In this document: piece after piece, positions 9,331-19,052 of the stretch
Layout: every line of letters begins with the position of its first letter
How positions within the stretch are numbered: the stretch's first letter is position 1
Source of the DNA: Prevotella sp.
GTDB taxonomy: Bacteria > Bacteroidota > Bacteroidia > Bacteroidales > Bacteroidaceae
Direction: 5' to 3'
Length of the DNA stretch: 64,000 bases
Assembly: GCA_041855505.1 (NCBI GenBank)
Contig: JBHAEI010000011.1
Coordinates: forward strand, 15,452-79,451
Position numbers and translations under genes: made by a program
The notes under the pieces: generated by a model
The model's database searches: none
What the model was told of the DNA's origin: nothing
The model's input: the letters and a program-made list of their open reading frames with translations, nothing else

Positions 9331-10479
9331 ATGGTAACAAACACACTGAATATTTGTATTTTCTGTGGTGCCCGCCCTAATTTCATGAAGGTGGCACCGA
9401 TTATACGCGTCATAGAAAAGAGTAAAGAAAAGTCTGTATCATCGGCAGAGCACAAGGTACCGGCATACACATTGGTGTATGCCGGCAAGGAAGACGATCC
9501 TACTTTGGAAGGCTCTTTGTTCGAAGACCTTGGGATTTCACGTCCTACAACCTATCTGGGTGTGGATTGTGAAAACCTGAACGAGCTTACAGGGCAGGTA
9601 ATGTCGAAGTTTGAAGGGTATTTGCAGACACATCCTACCGACGTTGTGGTGGTGGTAGATGATTTGGCCTCTACCATGGCAGCAGCCATTGTTACCAAGA
9701 AACAGGTCATAAAGCTGGTACATATTGCAGCGGGTACCCGTTCGTTTGATATAACGATGCCAAAGGAAATCAATCGTTTGGTTATCGACGGACTGTCGGA
9801 TGTACTGTTTACAGCCGGTGTCAGCAATAATAGTATTGCTAATAAAGAAGGAGCCGAACTTTCGAAAGTATATATGGTGGGGAACATCCTGATTGATAAC
9901 ATCAGATGGAACCGTGGGCGATTAGCCGACATGTCGTTCGATGCTATAGATGAAGTGAAAGACCTACAGCTGCAAAAAAAGGGATATGTGCTCTTTACCT
10001 TAAATCGTAAAAAGCTATTAGGGAACGAGGAAGAACTGGAAAACTTGTTGAAAGCTATTGTTGATGGAGCAGGGAACACCCCGATAGTAGCCCCCTTGCG
10101 CAAGTCGGCTGCAGAGGTAATCGGGAAACTTATGGCTAAAGGCAGGATCGATTTCTCTAACTTTCACATCGTAGCTCCCTTGAACTACATGGCTTTCAGC
10201 TTTGTGAGCGCTCATGCAAAGGGCGTTATAACCGATTCGGGCAATGTGGCAGAAGAGGCAACCTTCAATAATGTTCCCTGTATAACCTTGAACGGTTATA
10301 CGGAACATATAGAAACGGTTAAGCAAGGCTCCAATGTTCTTGTAGGTGAAGACCCCAAGATTCTGCTAACAATGTTGCAAGATATGGTTGCAGGGAAATG
10401 GAAAAAATGCGGTATTCCCGAACGATGGGACGGCCGTTCCGGTGAACGAGTCGTTCAGACTTTGCTTGAGTTGAGGTAA
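9331..10479 (+). CDS. UDP-GlcNAc 2-epimerase (WecB)-like protein with a degenerate active site
   Basis: GARPNFMK, AGTRSFD, EINR, VGNILID and TDSG motifs are present. HVEAG has become HIAAG, TxHR has become TLNR, and HTGQH has become YAGKE. Confidence 0.8.
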   Translation: MVTNTLNICIFCGARPNFMKVAPIIRVIEKSKEKSVSSAEHKVPAYTLVYAGKEDDPTLEGSLFEDLGISRPTTYLGVDCENLNELTGQVMSKFEGYLQTHPTDVVVVVDDLASTMAAAIVTKKQVIKLVHIAAGTRSFDITMPKEINRLVIDGLSDVLFTAGVSNNSIANKEGAELSKVYMVGNILIDNIRWNRGRLADMSFDAIDEVKDLQLQKKGYVLFTLNRKKLLGNEEELENLLKAIVDGAGNTPIVAPLRKSAAEVIGKLMAKGRIDFSNFHIVAPLNYMAFSFVSAHAKGVITDSGNVAEEATFNNVPCITLNGYTEHIETVKQGSNVLVGEDPKILLTMLQDMVAGKWKKCGIPERWDGRSGERVVQTLLELR

Positions 10480-10552
10480 CTCAATCTATATTTACATTAT
10501 AGGCGAGCAGCAGAAACACGAATAGTCGAGGAAAGACTATAGAGAAAAAGGG

Positions 10553-10590
10553 AAAGGAATATACGGCGATTGCCGCATATTCCTTTGTTT
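10553..10590 (+). terminator. Hairpin terminator after the NfeD-SPFH-epimerase-like operon
   Basis: AAAGGAATAT-A-CGGC-GATT-GCCG-C-ATATTCCTTT followed by GTTT. Confidence 0.65.
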
Positions 10591-10618
10591 CCCACATAAT
10601 AGAGCGAGAGGATAACAA

Positions 10619-11986
10619 ATGCATAATCACGTAGATAACTATACATTCTTAACGCAAGGGCCATTGCACAAAGTCATTATAACGATGGCAGTGCCGACGA
10701 TTCTTACCATGTTGATATCCGGTTTATACAATATTGCCGATACTTACTTTGTGGGACAGTTAAGTACGCAGGACACGGCTGCGGTGGGTATAGTGTTTTC
10801 TATGATGTTCTTTATTCAGGCAGCAGGTTTCTTTTTCGGACACGGATCGGGTAACTATATATCCAGAGAGTTGGGGGCAAAGCGTAAGGGGAATGCTCAA
10901 ATCATGGCTTCTACGGGTTTTGCCTATTCGTTTGCCTTCGGACTGCTGATAACGATATTGGGAGAAATATTCCTGTATCCTTTGGCAAAGCTGCTGGGGA
11001 GCACCCCTACCATTCTTCCATATACCGTCAGTTTCTTGCGGATTATTCTGTTAGGCGCGCCCTTCCTTACCTCTTCGCTTACACTGAACAACCAAATGCG
11101 TTTGCAAGGCAATGCTGCTTTTTCCATGTATGGAATTGTATCAGGAGCCATTATCAACATTATATTGGATCCAATTCTTATCTTTACATGTGGAATGGGC
11201 ATCTCAGGAGCAGCATTGGCTACTGTTATCGGTCAGTTTGCATCCTTTCTTATTCTTTTTATCATGACGCATCATGGTGAAAATATCGGTATTTATGCCA
11301 AGAATGTAAAGCCCTCATGGAATACGCTGAAAGAGATTTTCCTCGGCGGCAGTCCTTCCTTGTTACGGCAGGGGCTGGCTTGCGTTGCCACCATGGCACT
11401 GAATGTAACAGCCGGTTACTACGGCGATTCGGCTATTGCAGCCATGAGTATTGTTACAAGAATAGCCATGCTGGTGTTTGCGGTAGTAATTGGCTTGGGA
11501 CAAGGCTTTCAGCCGGTATGTGGTTTCTGCTATGGAGCAGGTCTGTATAAGCGCCTTACCGATGCTTTTAAGTTTACTGTTGCTCTCGGAACATCTTTCC
11601 TGATAGTCTGCTCGCTTGTAGGTTGGGTATTCTCGAACGACTTAATCGGCATCTTCAGGAACGACCCTGAGGTGATAGCGATTGGCACAAGAGCCTTGCG
11701 TTATCAACTGATTGCCTTCCCTTTGAATGCATTTATCCTTGTAAGCAACATGATGGCGCAAACCTGCAGGAAGCCTCTGCGGGCCAATTTCTTGGCCGCT
11801 GCCCGTCAGGGACTGTTCTTTGTGCCCCTTATTCTGATGCTGCCACGCTTCATGGGCTTGCAGGGTGTGGAGATTTGTCAGAGCATCAGCGATGCGTTAT
11901 CTTTCCTTGTTACAATCCCAATCATTATTTATACATTCGCGGAGTTTAAGAAAGAAGAAAAATTAATAGCACAGAAAGGAGAATAA
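10619..11986 (+). CDS. MATE family efflux transporter
   Basis: 12 TM segments; MAVPTILTMLISGLYNIADTYFVG, NIILDPILIF and GFQPVCGFCYGA motifs. Confidence 0.9.
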   Translation: MHNHVDNYTFLTQGPLHKVIITMAVPTILTMLISGLYNIADTYFVGQLSTQDTAAVGIVFSMMFFIQAAGFFFGHGSGNYISRELGAKRKGNAQIMASTGFAYSFAFGLLITILGEIFLYPLAKLLGSTPTILPYTVSFLRIILLGAPFLTSSLTLNNQMRLQGNAAFSMYGIVSGAIINIILDPILIFTCGMGISGAALATVIGQFASFLILFIMTHHGENIGIYAKNVKPSWNTLKEIFLGGSPSLLRQGLACVATMALNVTAGYYGDSAIAAMSIVTRIAMLVFAVVIGLGQGFQPVCGFCYGAGLYKRLTDAFKFTVALGTSFLIVCSLVGWVFSNDLIGIFRNDPEVIAIGTRALRYQLIAFPLNAFILVSNMMAQTCRKPLRANFLAAARQGLFFVPLILMLPRFMGLQGVEICQSISDALSFLVTIPIIIYTFAEFKKEEKLIAQKGE

Positions 11987-12550
11987 ATGTCGAACATATA
12001 CATAAAGAATATGGTCTGCGACCGCTGTATTATGGTGGTAAAGCAGGCATTAGACACACTGAAGATACCTTATGAAAAGATAGATTTAGGAGAGGTTTTC
12101 ATTCGGGGAGAGCTTGCGGAAGATATACGATTACAGCTTAAAAACCGATTGGAGACTGTAGGCTTTGAGCTGTTGGACGACCGTCGTCATCAGCTGATCG
12201 ACCAAATAAAATCGGCCTTGATAAAGTTGGTACATCGTCAGGATAATCGTTCTAATCAGACCATGAGCGACTACTTGGCTGCAGCGCTTCATCAAGATTA
12301 TAGCTCATTATCAAAGCTTTTCTCAGAAGTAGAAGGCAAAACGCTGGAACATTACTTTATGGAACTGAAGATAGAGCGTGTAAAAGAGCTGATAAAATAT
12401 GATGAACTCACGCTTACACAAATAGCATTGCGACTGAATTATTCATCTACAGCTTATCTCTCGTCTCAATTTAAGAGCATAACGGGAATGACGCCAACCC
12501 AGTTTAAGAACATAGATGTTAATTTAAGAAAAGGATTAGATAAGCTATAA
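11987..12550 (+). CDS. AraC family regulator with an N-terminal HMA-like CxxC domain
   Basis: N-terminal NMVCDRC; C-terminal AraC double HTH (LSKLFSEVEG ... IALRLNYSSTAYLSSQFKSITGMTP). The ATG immediately follows the MATE stop codon. Confidence 0.88.
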   Translation: MSNIYIKNMVCDRCIMVVKQALDTLKIPYEKIDLGEVFIRGELAEDIRLQLKNRLETVGFELLDDRRHQLIDQIKSALIKLVHRQDNRSNQTMSDYLAAALHQDYSSLSKLFSEVEGKTLEHYFMELKIERVKELIKYDELTLTQIALRLNYSSTAYLSSQFKSITGMTPTQFKNIDVNLRKGLDKL

Positions 12551-12587
12551 GAGGGGTTTACCCCATCTTTAGAAACTCTGTTTATTG

Positions 12588-13103
12588 TTAAAGAGGGGTG
12601 TAGCCGGCGTAGTTAAACATATCGTGGAGCAATTCAAGTCCGGCTTTAGTTTTGAAGATGTTCTTCTTGGCAGCATCAATTGCATGTTGAGAGAGGTTAT
12701 CCTCATAGATATTAACTAAAAAGTCGGCTTCTATCAGTATCTGATAATCTAAGCCATCAATGTTTTTGTAGGTGTGGTGATGTCCTATCAAGTAGCATAT
12801 TCGCTCTATTTCTTCTTTGGAATAGCCACCTAACTTTTCCAAGAGAGCTCTGGCTTCGCCCGGTCCTTCTATCTCTTGATACTTGCCATTGCTTGAGCCA
12901 TACTTCTTTTCACTTATGTGTATGCCTATGTCATGTAATATACAGGCAGATTCCAGTATGTCTAATGTCTTGACATCAATGCCCTCCAAAACGCCAATGG
13001 TTGCAGCAAAGTCATGTACTTTAGCCAAATGATGAATACGCATAGGGTCGCCGGCATTGTATTTAATTATTGCTGCCATTAGTTTTGCATGTTTTTTATC
13101 CAT
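12588..13103 (-). CDS. HD domain metal-dependent phosphohydrolase
   Basis: H...ILHDIG...HH...D pattern. ATG at 13103 preferred over 13142. Confidence 0.85.
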   Translation of the reverse strand: MDKKHAKLMAAIIKYNAGDPMRIHHLAKVHDFAATIGVLEGIDVKTLDILESACILHDIGIHISEKKYGSSNGKYQEIEGPGEARALLEKLGGYSKEEIERICYLIGHHHTYKNIDGLDYQILIEADFLVNIYEDNLSQHAIDAAKKNIFKTKAGLELLHDMFNYAGYTPL

Positions 13104-13170
13104 AACTTTTACCCTTCCTTTATTTATATTGCTAAGCAACATGAGCTATACCTGTTGTTTAGCGTCAATG

Positions 13171-13178
13171 CAAAGGTA
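13171..13178 (-). promoter_or_regulatory. -7 box for the HD-domain gene
   Basis: The minus strand reads TACCTTTG. Confidence 0.55.
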
Positions 13179-13312
13179 ACATTTAAAACGATATGGGAGG
13201 AATTGTTATAACATTAAATAACAGTTACCTTTAGAATGTCAGCACCCTTGAGTAACCGGAAAGTTATAATCTTTTCCCATAATTCTATAAAAGAATATTA
13301 GAGATATCCTAC

Positions 13313-13320
13313 TAACTTTG
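13313..13320 (+). promoter_or_regulatory. -7 box for copZ-copA
   Basis: TAACTTTG about 75 nt upstream of copZ. Confidence 0.6.
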
Positions 13321-13395
13321 CACTAAGAAATAAGAAAGCTCGTAGAATACAAGCATTATCGTTGGATATAATTATTAAAAGAAAGGAAAATTATT

Positions 13396-13608
13396 ATGGC
13401 AAAGAATGTTTTTTCTGTAAGTGGAATGAGATGTAATAACTGTAAGGCTCATGTAGAAGCGGCACTTAAAGAAGTAACCGGGGTTAGTGTGGCAGAGGCA
13501 AGTTTAGAGGATGCAAATGTAACGGTAGAGTATGATGAGACTATGGTTACTCCTGCACAGCTAAAGGATGCTGTAGATAATGCCGGCCGTTACGAGATGA
13601 ATCTCTAA
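13396..13608 (+). CDS. copZ: Heavy-metal-associated (HMA) copper chaperone
   Basis: 70 aa with VSGMRCNNC (GMxCxxC). Confidence 0.9.
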   Translation: MAKNVFSVSGMRCNNCKAHVEAALKEVTGVSVAEASLEDANVTVEYDETMVTPAQLKDAVDNAGRYEMNL

Positions 13609-13751
13609 GCAGCAGATTGACATATTAAAACAACTTTAGCAAAGGTGCACCATTGAAATGATAACTCTTTTATTAGCATTCTGCGGTGTATCTTTTAAAA
13701 TCCTTCAGACAATGGTGTCGTAAAGTATAACGAATGAAAGGAAAGTAATGC

Positions 13752-15671
13752 ATGAAACAAATATTACCGGTTGTTGGAATGGCTTGTGCCTCTTGTTCTG
13801 CAAATGTAGAAAAGAAACTTAACTCATTGAAGGGTATTACTTCTGCATCTGTTTCTTTACCGGGTCGGTCGGCCGTTATAGAGTTCAACCCTGATGAAAT
13901 ATCCTTGGAGGATATGAAGAGGGAAATTAATGGTATTGGTTACGACCTGATTATTGAAAAAGATACTTCGACAGAAGAAATTGAAAAGCGAAGTTATACC
14001 TTGTTAAAAAGAAAAACACTGCTTTCTTGGGTATTCTCCATTGCCGTAATGGCCGTGTCTATGGGTTGGGTTAGTGTTGGTGGAAAGGACATCGCTAATC
14101 AAATAGCCATGATTATAGCTTTGGCCAACATGTTCTATTGTGGTCGCCGGTTTTATGTAACTGCTTGGAAACAACTGCTTCACGGAACAGCCAATATGGA
14201 CTCGTTGGTGGCTCTTTCCACGCTGATAGCTTTCCTGTTCAGTGTCTTTAATACTTTTTGGGGCGATGCAGTTTGGACACAATACGGCATTACATGGCAC
14301 ACCTATTTCGATGCTTCGGTAATGATTATAACTTTTGTGCTGACAGGCAGGCTGTTGGAAGAGAAAGCGAAGGATGGTACGGCATCCTCTATTCGCCAGC
14401 TGATGGGTATGGCTCCCAAGATGGCTCATATCGTAGATGGCGATAGTGTAGAGGAAGTTCCTATCTCGACAATCGAAGTGGGCGATGTGCTTGAGGTACG
14501 CCCCGGCGAGAAGGTGCCGGTAGATGGTGTCGTTACATGGGCTGAAAGTTTCATGACCGCCGATGCCGCCTATATAGATGAGAGTATGATAACAGGCGAG
14601 CCTACCCCTACCGAGAAAAAGAAAGGCTCGAAGGTGTTGGCCGGGACAATTCCCTCGCAAGGCAGGTTCAGAATGAAAGCGCAGCAGATAGGGGAGAACA
14701 CCGCCCTTGCTCATATAATAAGGATGGTGCAAGAGGCACAAGGCTCAAAGGCCCCTGTACAGCGAATCGTGGATAAAGCAGCCTTGATTTTTGTGCCGGT
14801 AGTAACAGGTATAGCCCTGCTCACCTTTATTTTATGGTGGGCGATAGGCGGTAATGCTGCGCTCCCACATGCTATTATCTCGGCAGTGGCCGTACTTGTG
14901 ATAGCTTGTCCGTGTGCCATGGGACTGGCCACGCCGACGGCTTTAATGGTAGGTATTGGCAAAGCTGCCGAAAAGAAGATTCTCATTAAGGATGCAGCGG
15001 CTCTGGAAAGTTTACGGAAAGTGAATGCCTTGGTTACCGATAAGACAGGAACTCTGACCATTCCCAACAAAGACATTGATTTCACCAAGGCTGATAATCT
15101 TCCTTTAGACGACCGAGAACACCTGAAGCCCAATGCGAAAGAAGCGATGATGTACTTGCAAGATAACGGTATAGAAGTGTATATGATGAGTGGAGATAAA
15201 GAGGAAGCTGCGAAATATTGGGCCGATAAAGCTGGTATCGAGCATTGCTATAGCAAGGCTTTGCCGCAAGATAAGGAAAATCTTGTAAAGAAACTGAAAG
15301 AGGAAGGAAAGACTGTGGCCATGATAGGCGATGGTATCAATGACACTCAGGCACTTGCCCTTGCCGATGTAAGCATAGCTATTGGTAAAGGAACCGATGT
15401 AGCGATGGACGTAGCACAGGTTACTTTGATGGGGGATGACTTGAGAGCTATTCCCGAAGCCATCCATCTAAGCAGGAAAACTGTCAGGATGATTTGGCAA
15501 AACTTATTCTGGGCGTTCATCTATAACTTGGTATGTATTCCTTTGGCTGCAGGTTTGCTTTATGTTTTTGGTATTGATTGGCAGATTACCCCATCATGGG
15601 CCGGTGCGCTGATGGCATTCTCCAGTGTAAGTGTAGTGCTGAACAGTTTGCGATTACGTTGGGTTAAGTAA
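13752..15671 (+). CDS. copA: Cu(I)-type P1B ATPase lacking the nucleotide-binding N domain
   Basis: GMACASC metal-binding domain, TGE, CPC, DKTGT, SGD, GDGIND, YN and MxxSS motifs. Only 28 aa separate the DKTGT Asp430 from LKP. Confidence 0.88.
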   Translation: MKQILPVVGMACASCSANVEKKLNSLKGITSASVSLPGRSAVIEFNPDEISLEDMKREINGIGYDLIIEKDTSTEEIEKRSYTLLKRKTLLSWVFSIAVMAVSMGWVSVGGKDIANQIAMIIALANMFYCGRRFYVTAWKQLLHGTANMDSLVALSTLIAFLFSVFNTFWGDAVWTQYGITWHTYFDASVMIITFVLTGRLLEEKAKDGTASSIRQLMGMAPKMAHIVDGDSVEEVPISTIEVGDVLEVRPGEKVPVDGVVTWAESFMTADAAYIDESMITGEPTPTEKKKGSKVLAGTIPSQGRFRMKAQQIGENTALAHIIRMVQEAQGSKAPVQRIVDKAALIFVPVVTGIALLTFILWWAIGGNAALPHAIISAVAVLVIACPCAMGLATPTALMVGIGKAAEKKILIKDAAALESLRKVNALVTDKTGTLTIPNKDIDFTKADNLPLDDREHLKPNAKEAMMYLQDNGIEVYMMSGDKEEAAKYWADKAGIEHCYSKALPQDKENLVKKLKEEGKTVAMIGDGINDTQALALADVSIAIGKGTDVAMDVAQVTLMGDDLRAIPEAIHLSRKTVRMIWQNLFWAFIYNLVCIPLAAGLLYVFGIDWQITPSWAGALMAFSSVSVVLNSLRLRWVK

Positions 15672-15717
15672 ATCAAGGAATTATCGATGCTTGCAGTATA
15701 GTTTATAGATAGCAAAA

Positions 15718-15805
15718 CAAAAGATGGCCTTTTACCGAGTAAAAGGCCATCTTTTTCATTGTAAAAGGGCACATATAGCTAAGCAATCTGCCACATATTG
15801 CTGAG
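15718..15805. repeat. 22-bp-period array B (4 units, last two degenerate)
   Basis: CAAAAGATGGCCTTTTACCGAG / TAAAAGGCCATCTTTTTCATTG / TAAAAGGGCACATATAGCTAAG / CAATCTGCCACATATTGCTGAG. Perfect 16-bp stem with a CCGAG loop. Confidence 0.8.
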
Positions 15806-15836
15806 CAGTATCTGCGCCCCTTAAAATAAAGGGATT

Positions 15837-16526
15837 TTATTGTGTTACTTTTTCCACCTGCTCTAAGATCCATTGTTGCTGTTCGGCAATGGTAAGATTA
15901 CTGTTATCGAGCAGGATTGCATCATCGGCTTGGCGTAGTGGAGAGACCTTTCTATGGGAATCGATGTAGTCCCTTTCCTGAACATTCTTGAGAATTTCTT
16001 CGTAGTTTACTTGCTCACCTTTAGCTTTTAGTTCGTCGTAACGACGTCGGGCACGTACCTCGGCCGATGCTGTTACGAATATTTTAAGTTCGGCATGTGG
16101 AAAAACTACTGTACCGATATCGCGACCATCCATTACTATTCCTTTCTCTTCGCCCATTCTTTGCTGCTGTTCTACAAGGGCAGAACGTACAAAGGCAAGC
16201 GTTGCAATGGGAGAAACGTGCGATGATACTTCCAGCGTGCGAATGGCTTCCTCCACATTTTTATCATTCAGATAGGTTTCAGGACGGCCTGTTTCCTTGT
16301 TTAGCTTGAAGGAGATATGGATGTCGGGCATAGCAGCTTGCAGCTCCTTCTCCTTAATGCTGCCATCGGGATTAAAGAAGCCATGCTCCAAAGCATAGAG
16401 GGTTACTGACCGATACATTGCCCCGGTATCTACATAGATATAGCCAATTTCCTTTGCTAAACTCTTTGCCATAGTACTTTTGCCACATGATGAATGGCCA
16501 TCGATGGCTATCACAATCTTCTTCAT
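15837..16526 (-). CDS. cmk: Cytidylate kinase
   Basis: [19 protein letters not shown] and [13 protein letters not shown] motifs. Confidence 0.96.
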   Translation of the reverse strand: MKKIVIAIDGHSSCGKSTMAKSLAKEIGYIYVDTGAMYRSVTLYALEHGFFNPDGSIKEKELQAAMPDIHISFKLNKETGRPETYLNDKNVEEAIRTLEVSSHVSPIATLAFVRSALVEQQQRMGEEKGIVMDGRDIGTVVFPHAELKIFVTASAEVRARRRYDELKAKGEQVNYEEILKNVQERDYIDSHRKVSPLRQADDAILLDNSNLTIAEQQQWILEQVEKVTQ

Positions 16527-16546
16527 ATTTTCATTTAAGTGTTTAT

Positions 16547-18667
16547 CTATTTCCTTATTTTATTCCCTGCGGTAAAATTGGGATTATAGCTGGCACGTTT
16601 CCGCTTACCCTTATCCTGTCGTTGGGTGCTGTGCCCTGTCTGTGATGCACTGTACCCCTTATAAGAAACTTCTTTTTCTTTGTATGAGGCAGGCTTGTTT
16701 TTGCGAGCGTTGGCCTTCTTTGTCCTCTTTTGTTCCGGACTGCTGCCTATGGCTCTTGGGTCATAGTTCACCTTTGTTCGATAGTTCGTAGCCTTGCCAT
16801 CGTATAAACGTTCCAATAAATCGGTTCTTCCGATGCGTCGAAGTTCCTGTTCTATTCCTCTGCGGGCTTCCGGTTTATACCAGAAAAAGAACTGACGCTG
16901 TGCCAGTTTCTCTTTAGGAGTCTTGGCAGAGTAAATCGGTTCGAGAGTATATGGGTCGTAACCCGTGTACCAAGCCTCGGTGGAAACAGTCATGGGAGTA
17001 GGAGTAAAGTCCTGCACCTGCTCCAAATGGAAATCCAAATCCTTGGTCAGTACGGCAAGTTCTGCCATGTCTTCCTCGTGGCAACCGGGGTGAGAAGAGA
17101 TGAAATAGGGTATAATTTGTTGGCGTAAATGCTCCTCTTTATTAATTCTATCGAATATTTTTTTGAAGGCATAGAACTGTTGGAAAGGCGGCTTTCTCAT
17201 GGCCATGAGCACACGGTCGGACGTGTTTTCGGGTGCAACCTTCAGTCGCCCACTCACATGTTTGGTAATGAGCTCGCGTGTATATTGGCGTGCCGCCTCA
17301 TTATTTTGCTCATCCTTACTCTTATAAAGCAGTAAATCGTAGCGCACACCGGAGCCGATAAAGCTCTTTTTTACCTCCGGGAGGGCATCTACAGCATGGT
17401 AAATGTCCAGCAACTTAGAATGATCGACATTTAGATTCGGGCAAATCTGCGGATGCACACACGAGGGGCGCTTGCAATGTTCACAAGCCTTTTGTACTTT
17501 TCCTGCCATACCGTACATGTTGGCCGATGGCCCTCCCAAATCGGAAATATAGCCTTTAAAGTCGGGCATTTGTACGACCTGCTTTACTTCTTTCATGATA
17601 CTCTCCTTAGAACGGCTGGCAATGAATTTCCCCTGATGGGCAGATATCGTACAGAAGGAACAGCCTCCGAAACAGCCACGGTGCAGATTAACGCTGAATT
17701 TAATCATTTCGTAAGCAGGAATGGTCTTTCCTCTGTACTTGGGATGTGGCTGGCGCGTATAGGGAAGGTCGAAGGTAGCATCGACTTCTGCCGTGGTGAA
17801 GGTAGGATAAGGTGGATTAACCACGATATATTTCTTATCTACTTCCTGTATCAGGCGCAGTGCGTACTTCTTATTACACTCCTCTTCGATGTGCCGGAAG
17901 TTCTCGGCTTGGAATTTCTTGTTGTGCAAACATGCTTCGTGTGAGTGCAAGACGATGTCGTCCTCGGTAATCCCATTTAGGATATCTTCCTTTTTACAGT
18001 AATAAACTGTTTGCGGAATATTTTTTATATCCTTGATGGAACTACCCTGTTCCAACTTTTGTGCCAAGTCCACCACCTGCTTTTCCCCCATTCCATAGAT
18101 GATCATGTCGGCTTTAGAATCTACCAAAATAGATTTTTTCAGACAATCCTTCCAATAGTCATAATGGGTAAGCCGCCTTAAAGAGGCCTCGATTCCACCT
18201 AAGATAACAGGTACATCCGGATACAACTGCTTGAGAATATGGCTATAAACTATGGTCGGATACTCCGGCCGCAGGTCATGGCGGCCATCGGGAGAATAGG
18301 CGTCCTCCGAGCGAAGACGCTTGTTGGCAGTGTATTTGTTTACCATAGAGTCCATGGCTCCCGGTGCAATGCCGAAGAAAAGACGCGGCCTGCCAAGTTT
18401 TTTGAAGTCTCTGAAATCGCCATGCCAGTCGGGTTGCGGTACAATGGCCACCTTATAGCCGGCTGCTTCTAAGTATCTGCCGATTACGGCCACGCCGAAA
18501 GATGGGTGATCGATGTAGGCATCACCGGAAAAGAGGATGATATCCAACTGGCTCCACCCTCTCAGTTCTACCTCCTTTTTTGTAGTAGGAAGAAAGTCGG
18601 TAAGTTGGAATTGCCCGGTTTTTATTCCTTGTTGATGGTCTTTTTGTTGATTTTTTTTTGTATCCAA
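16547..18667 (-). CDS. ygiQ: YgiQ family radical SAM protein (UPF0313)
   Basis: [22 protein letters not shown] (CxxxCxxC) and [10 protein letters not shown] motifs; basic C-terminal tail; TTG start. Confidence 0.9.
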   Translation of the reverse strand: MDTKKNQQKDHQQGIKTGQFQLTDFLPTTKKEVELRGWSQLDIILFSGDAYIDHPSFGVAVIGRYLEAAGYKVAIVPQPDWHGDFRDFKKLGRPRLFFGIAPGAMDSMVNKYTANKRLRSEDAYSPDGRHDLRPEYPTIVYSHILKQLYPDVPVILGGIEASLRRLTHYDYWKDCLKKSILVDSKADMIIYGMGEKQVVDLAQKLEQGSSIKDIKNIPQTVYYCKKEDILNGITEDDIVLHSHEACLHNKKFQAENFRHIEEECNKKYALRLIQEVDKKYIVVNPPYPTFTTAEVDATFDLPYTRQPHPKYRGKTIPAYEMIKFSVNLHRGCFGGCSFCTISAHQGKFIASRSKESIMKEVKQVVQMPDFKGYISDLGGPSANMYGMAGKVQKACEHCKRPSCVHPQICPNLNVDHSKLLDIYHAVDALPEVKKSFIGSGVRYDLLLYKSKDEQNNEAARQYTRELITKHVSGRLKVAPENTSDRVLMAMRKPPFQQFYAFKKIFDRINKEEHLRQQIIPYFISSHPGCHEEDMAELAVLTKDLDFHLEQVQDFTPTPMTVSTEAWYTGYDPYTLEPIYSAKTPKEKLAQRQFFFWYKPEARRGIEQELRRIGRTDLLERLYDGKATNYRTKVNYDPRAIGSSPEQKRTKKANARKNKPASYKEKEVSYKGYSASQTGHSTQRQDKGKRKRASYNPNFTAGNKIRK

Positions 18668-18683
18668 TGTATGTTATCTTGTA

Positions 18684-19025
18684 TTATAATGGTTGTTCTG
18701 CCGTTTCGTCCGACTTCTTTAATGCTTCCGGATGAGTAGCTATCCACTCTTTATAGAGCTTCGATAAATTTGTTAAGCCAAGCGCTTTCATATCTGAATT
18801 ATAGACAACGTCGAGGCAAAGGTCGAGCAACTCTTTATTGTTTCCTTCTTCGCTTTCAAGAAGACTGCGGACATTTAGCTTTAGACGGTTGAGCGTTTCT
18901 TCATCGACAATGCCTGTAGAATCGATTAGTCCCTTCAAGAGAGAATACTTGGCAATGACTTTCAAGTGGTTGTCGGTTACTTGAATACTTCTTGTACCAC
19001 TGGCATTTGCTTGAATTTTATACAT
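18684..19025 (-). CDS. Hypothetical protein (113 aa)
   Basis: Fills the gap between co-oriented genes with tight spacing; ATG start. Confidence 0.75.
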   Translation of the reverse strand: MYKIQANASGTRSIQVTDNHLKVIAKYSLLKGLIDSTGIVDEETLNRLKLNVRSLLESEEGNNKELLDLCLDVVYNSDMKALGLTNLSKLYKEWIATHPEALKKSDETAEQPL

Positions 19026-19052
19026 AAGCTGATAGATTAATAGTTAGGTGTT

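Noticed and set aside
13752-15671. copA as a frameshifted pseudogene
   Set aside because: The DNA reads through 15039-15130 in one frame with no stop, and no N-domain sequence was seen in the other frames. Treated as an in-frame domain loss.
18651-18659. A9 tract at the start of ygiQ (also A8 tracts at 21619-21626 and near 53729)
   Set aside because: Lys-rich A runs near starts and ends are common in this AT-rich genome and the frames are intact.
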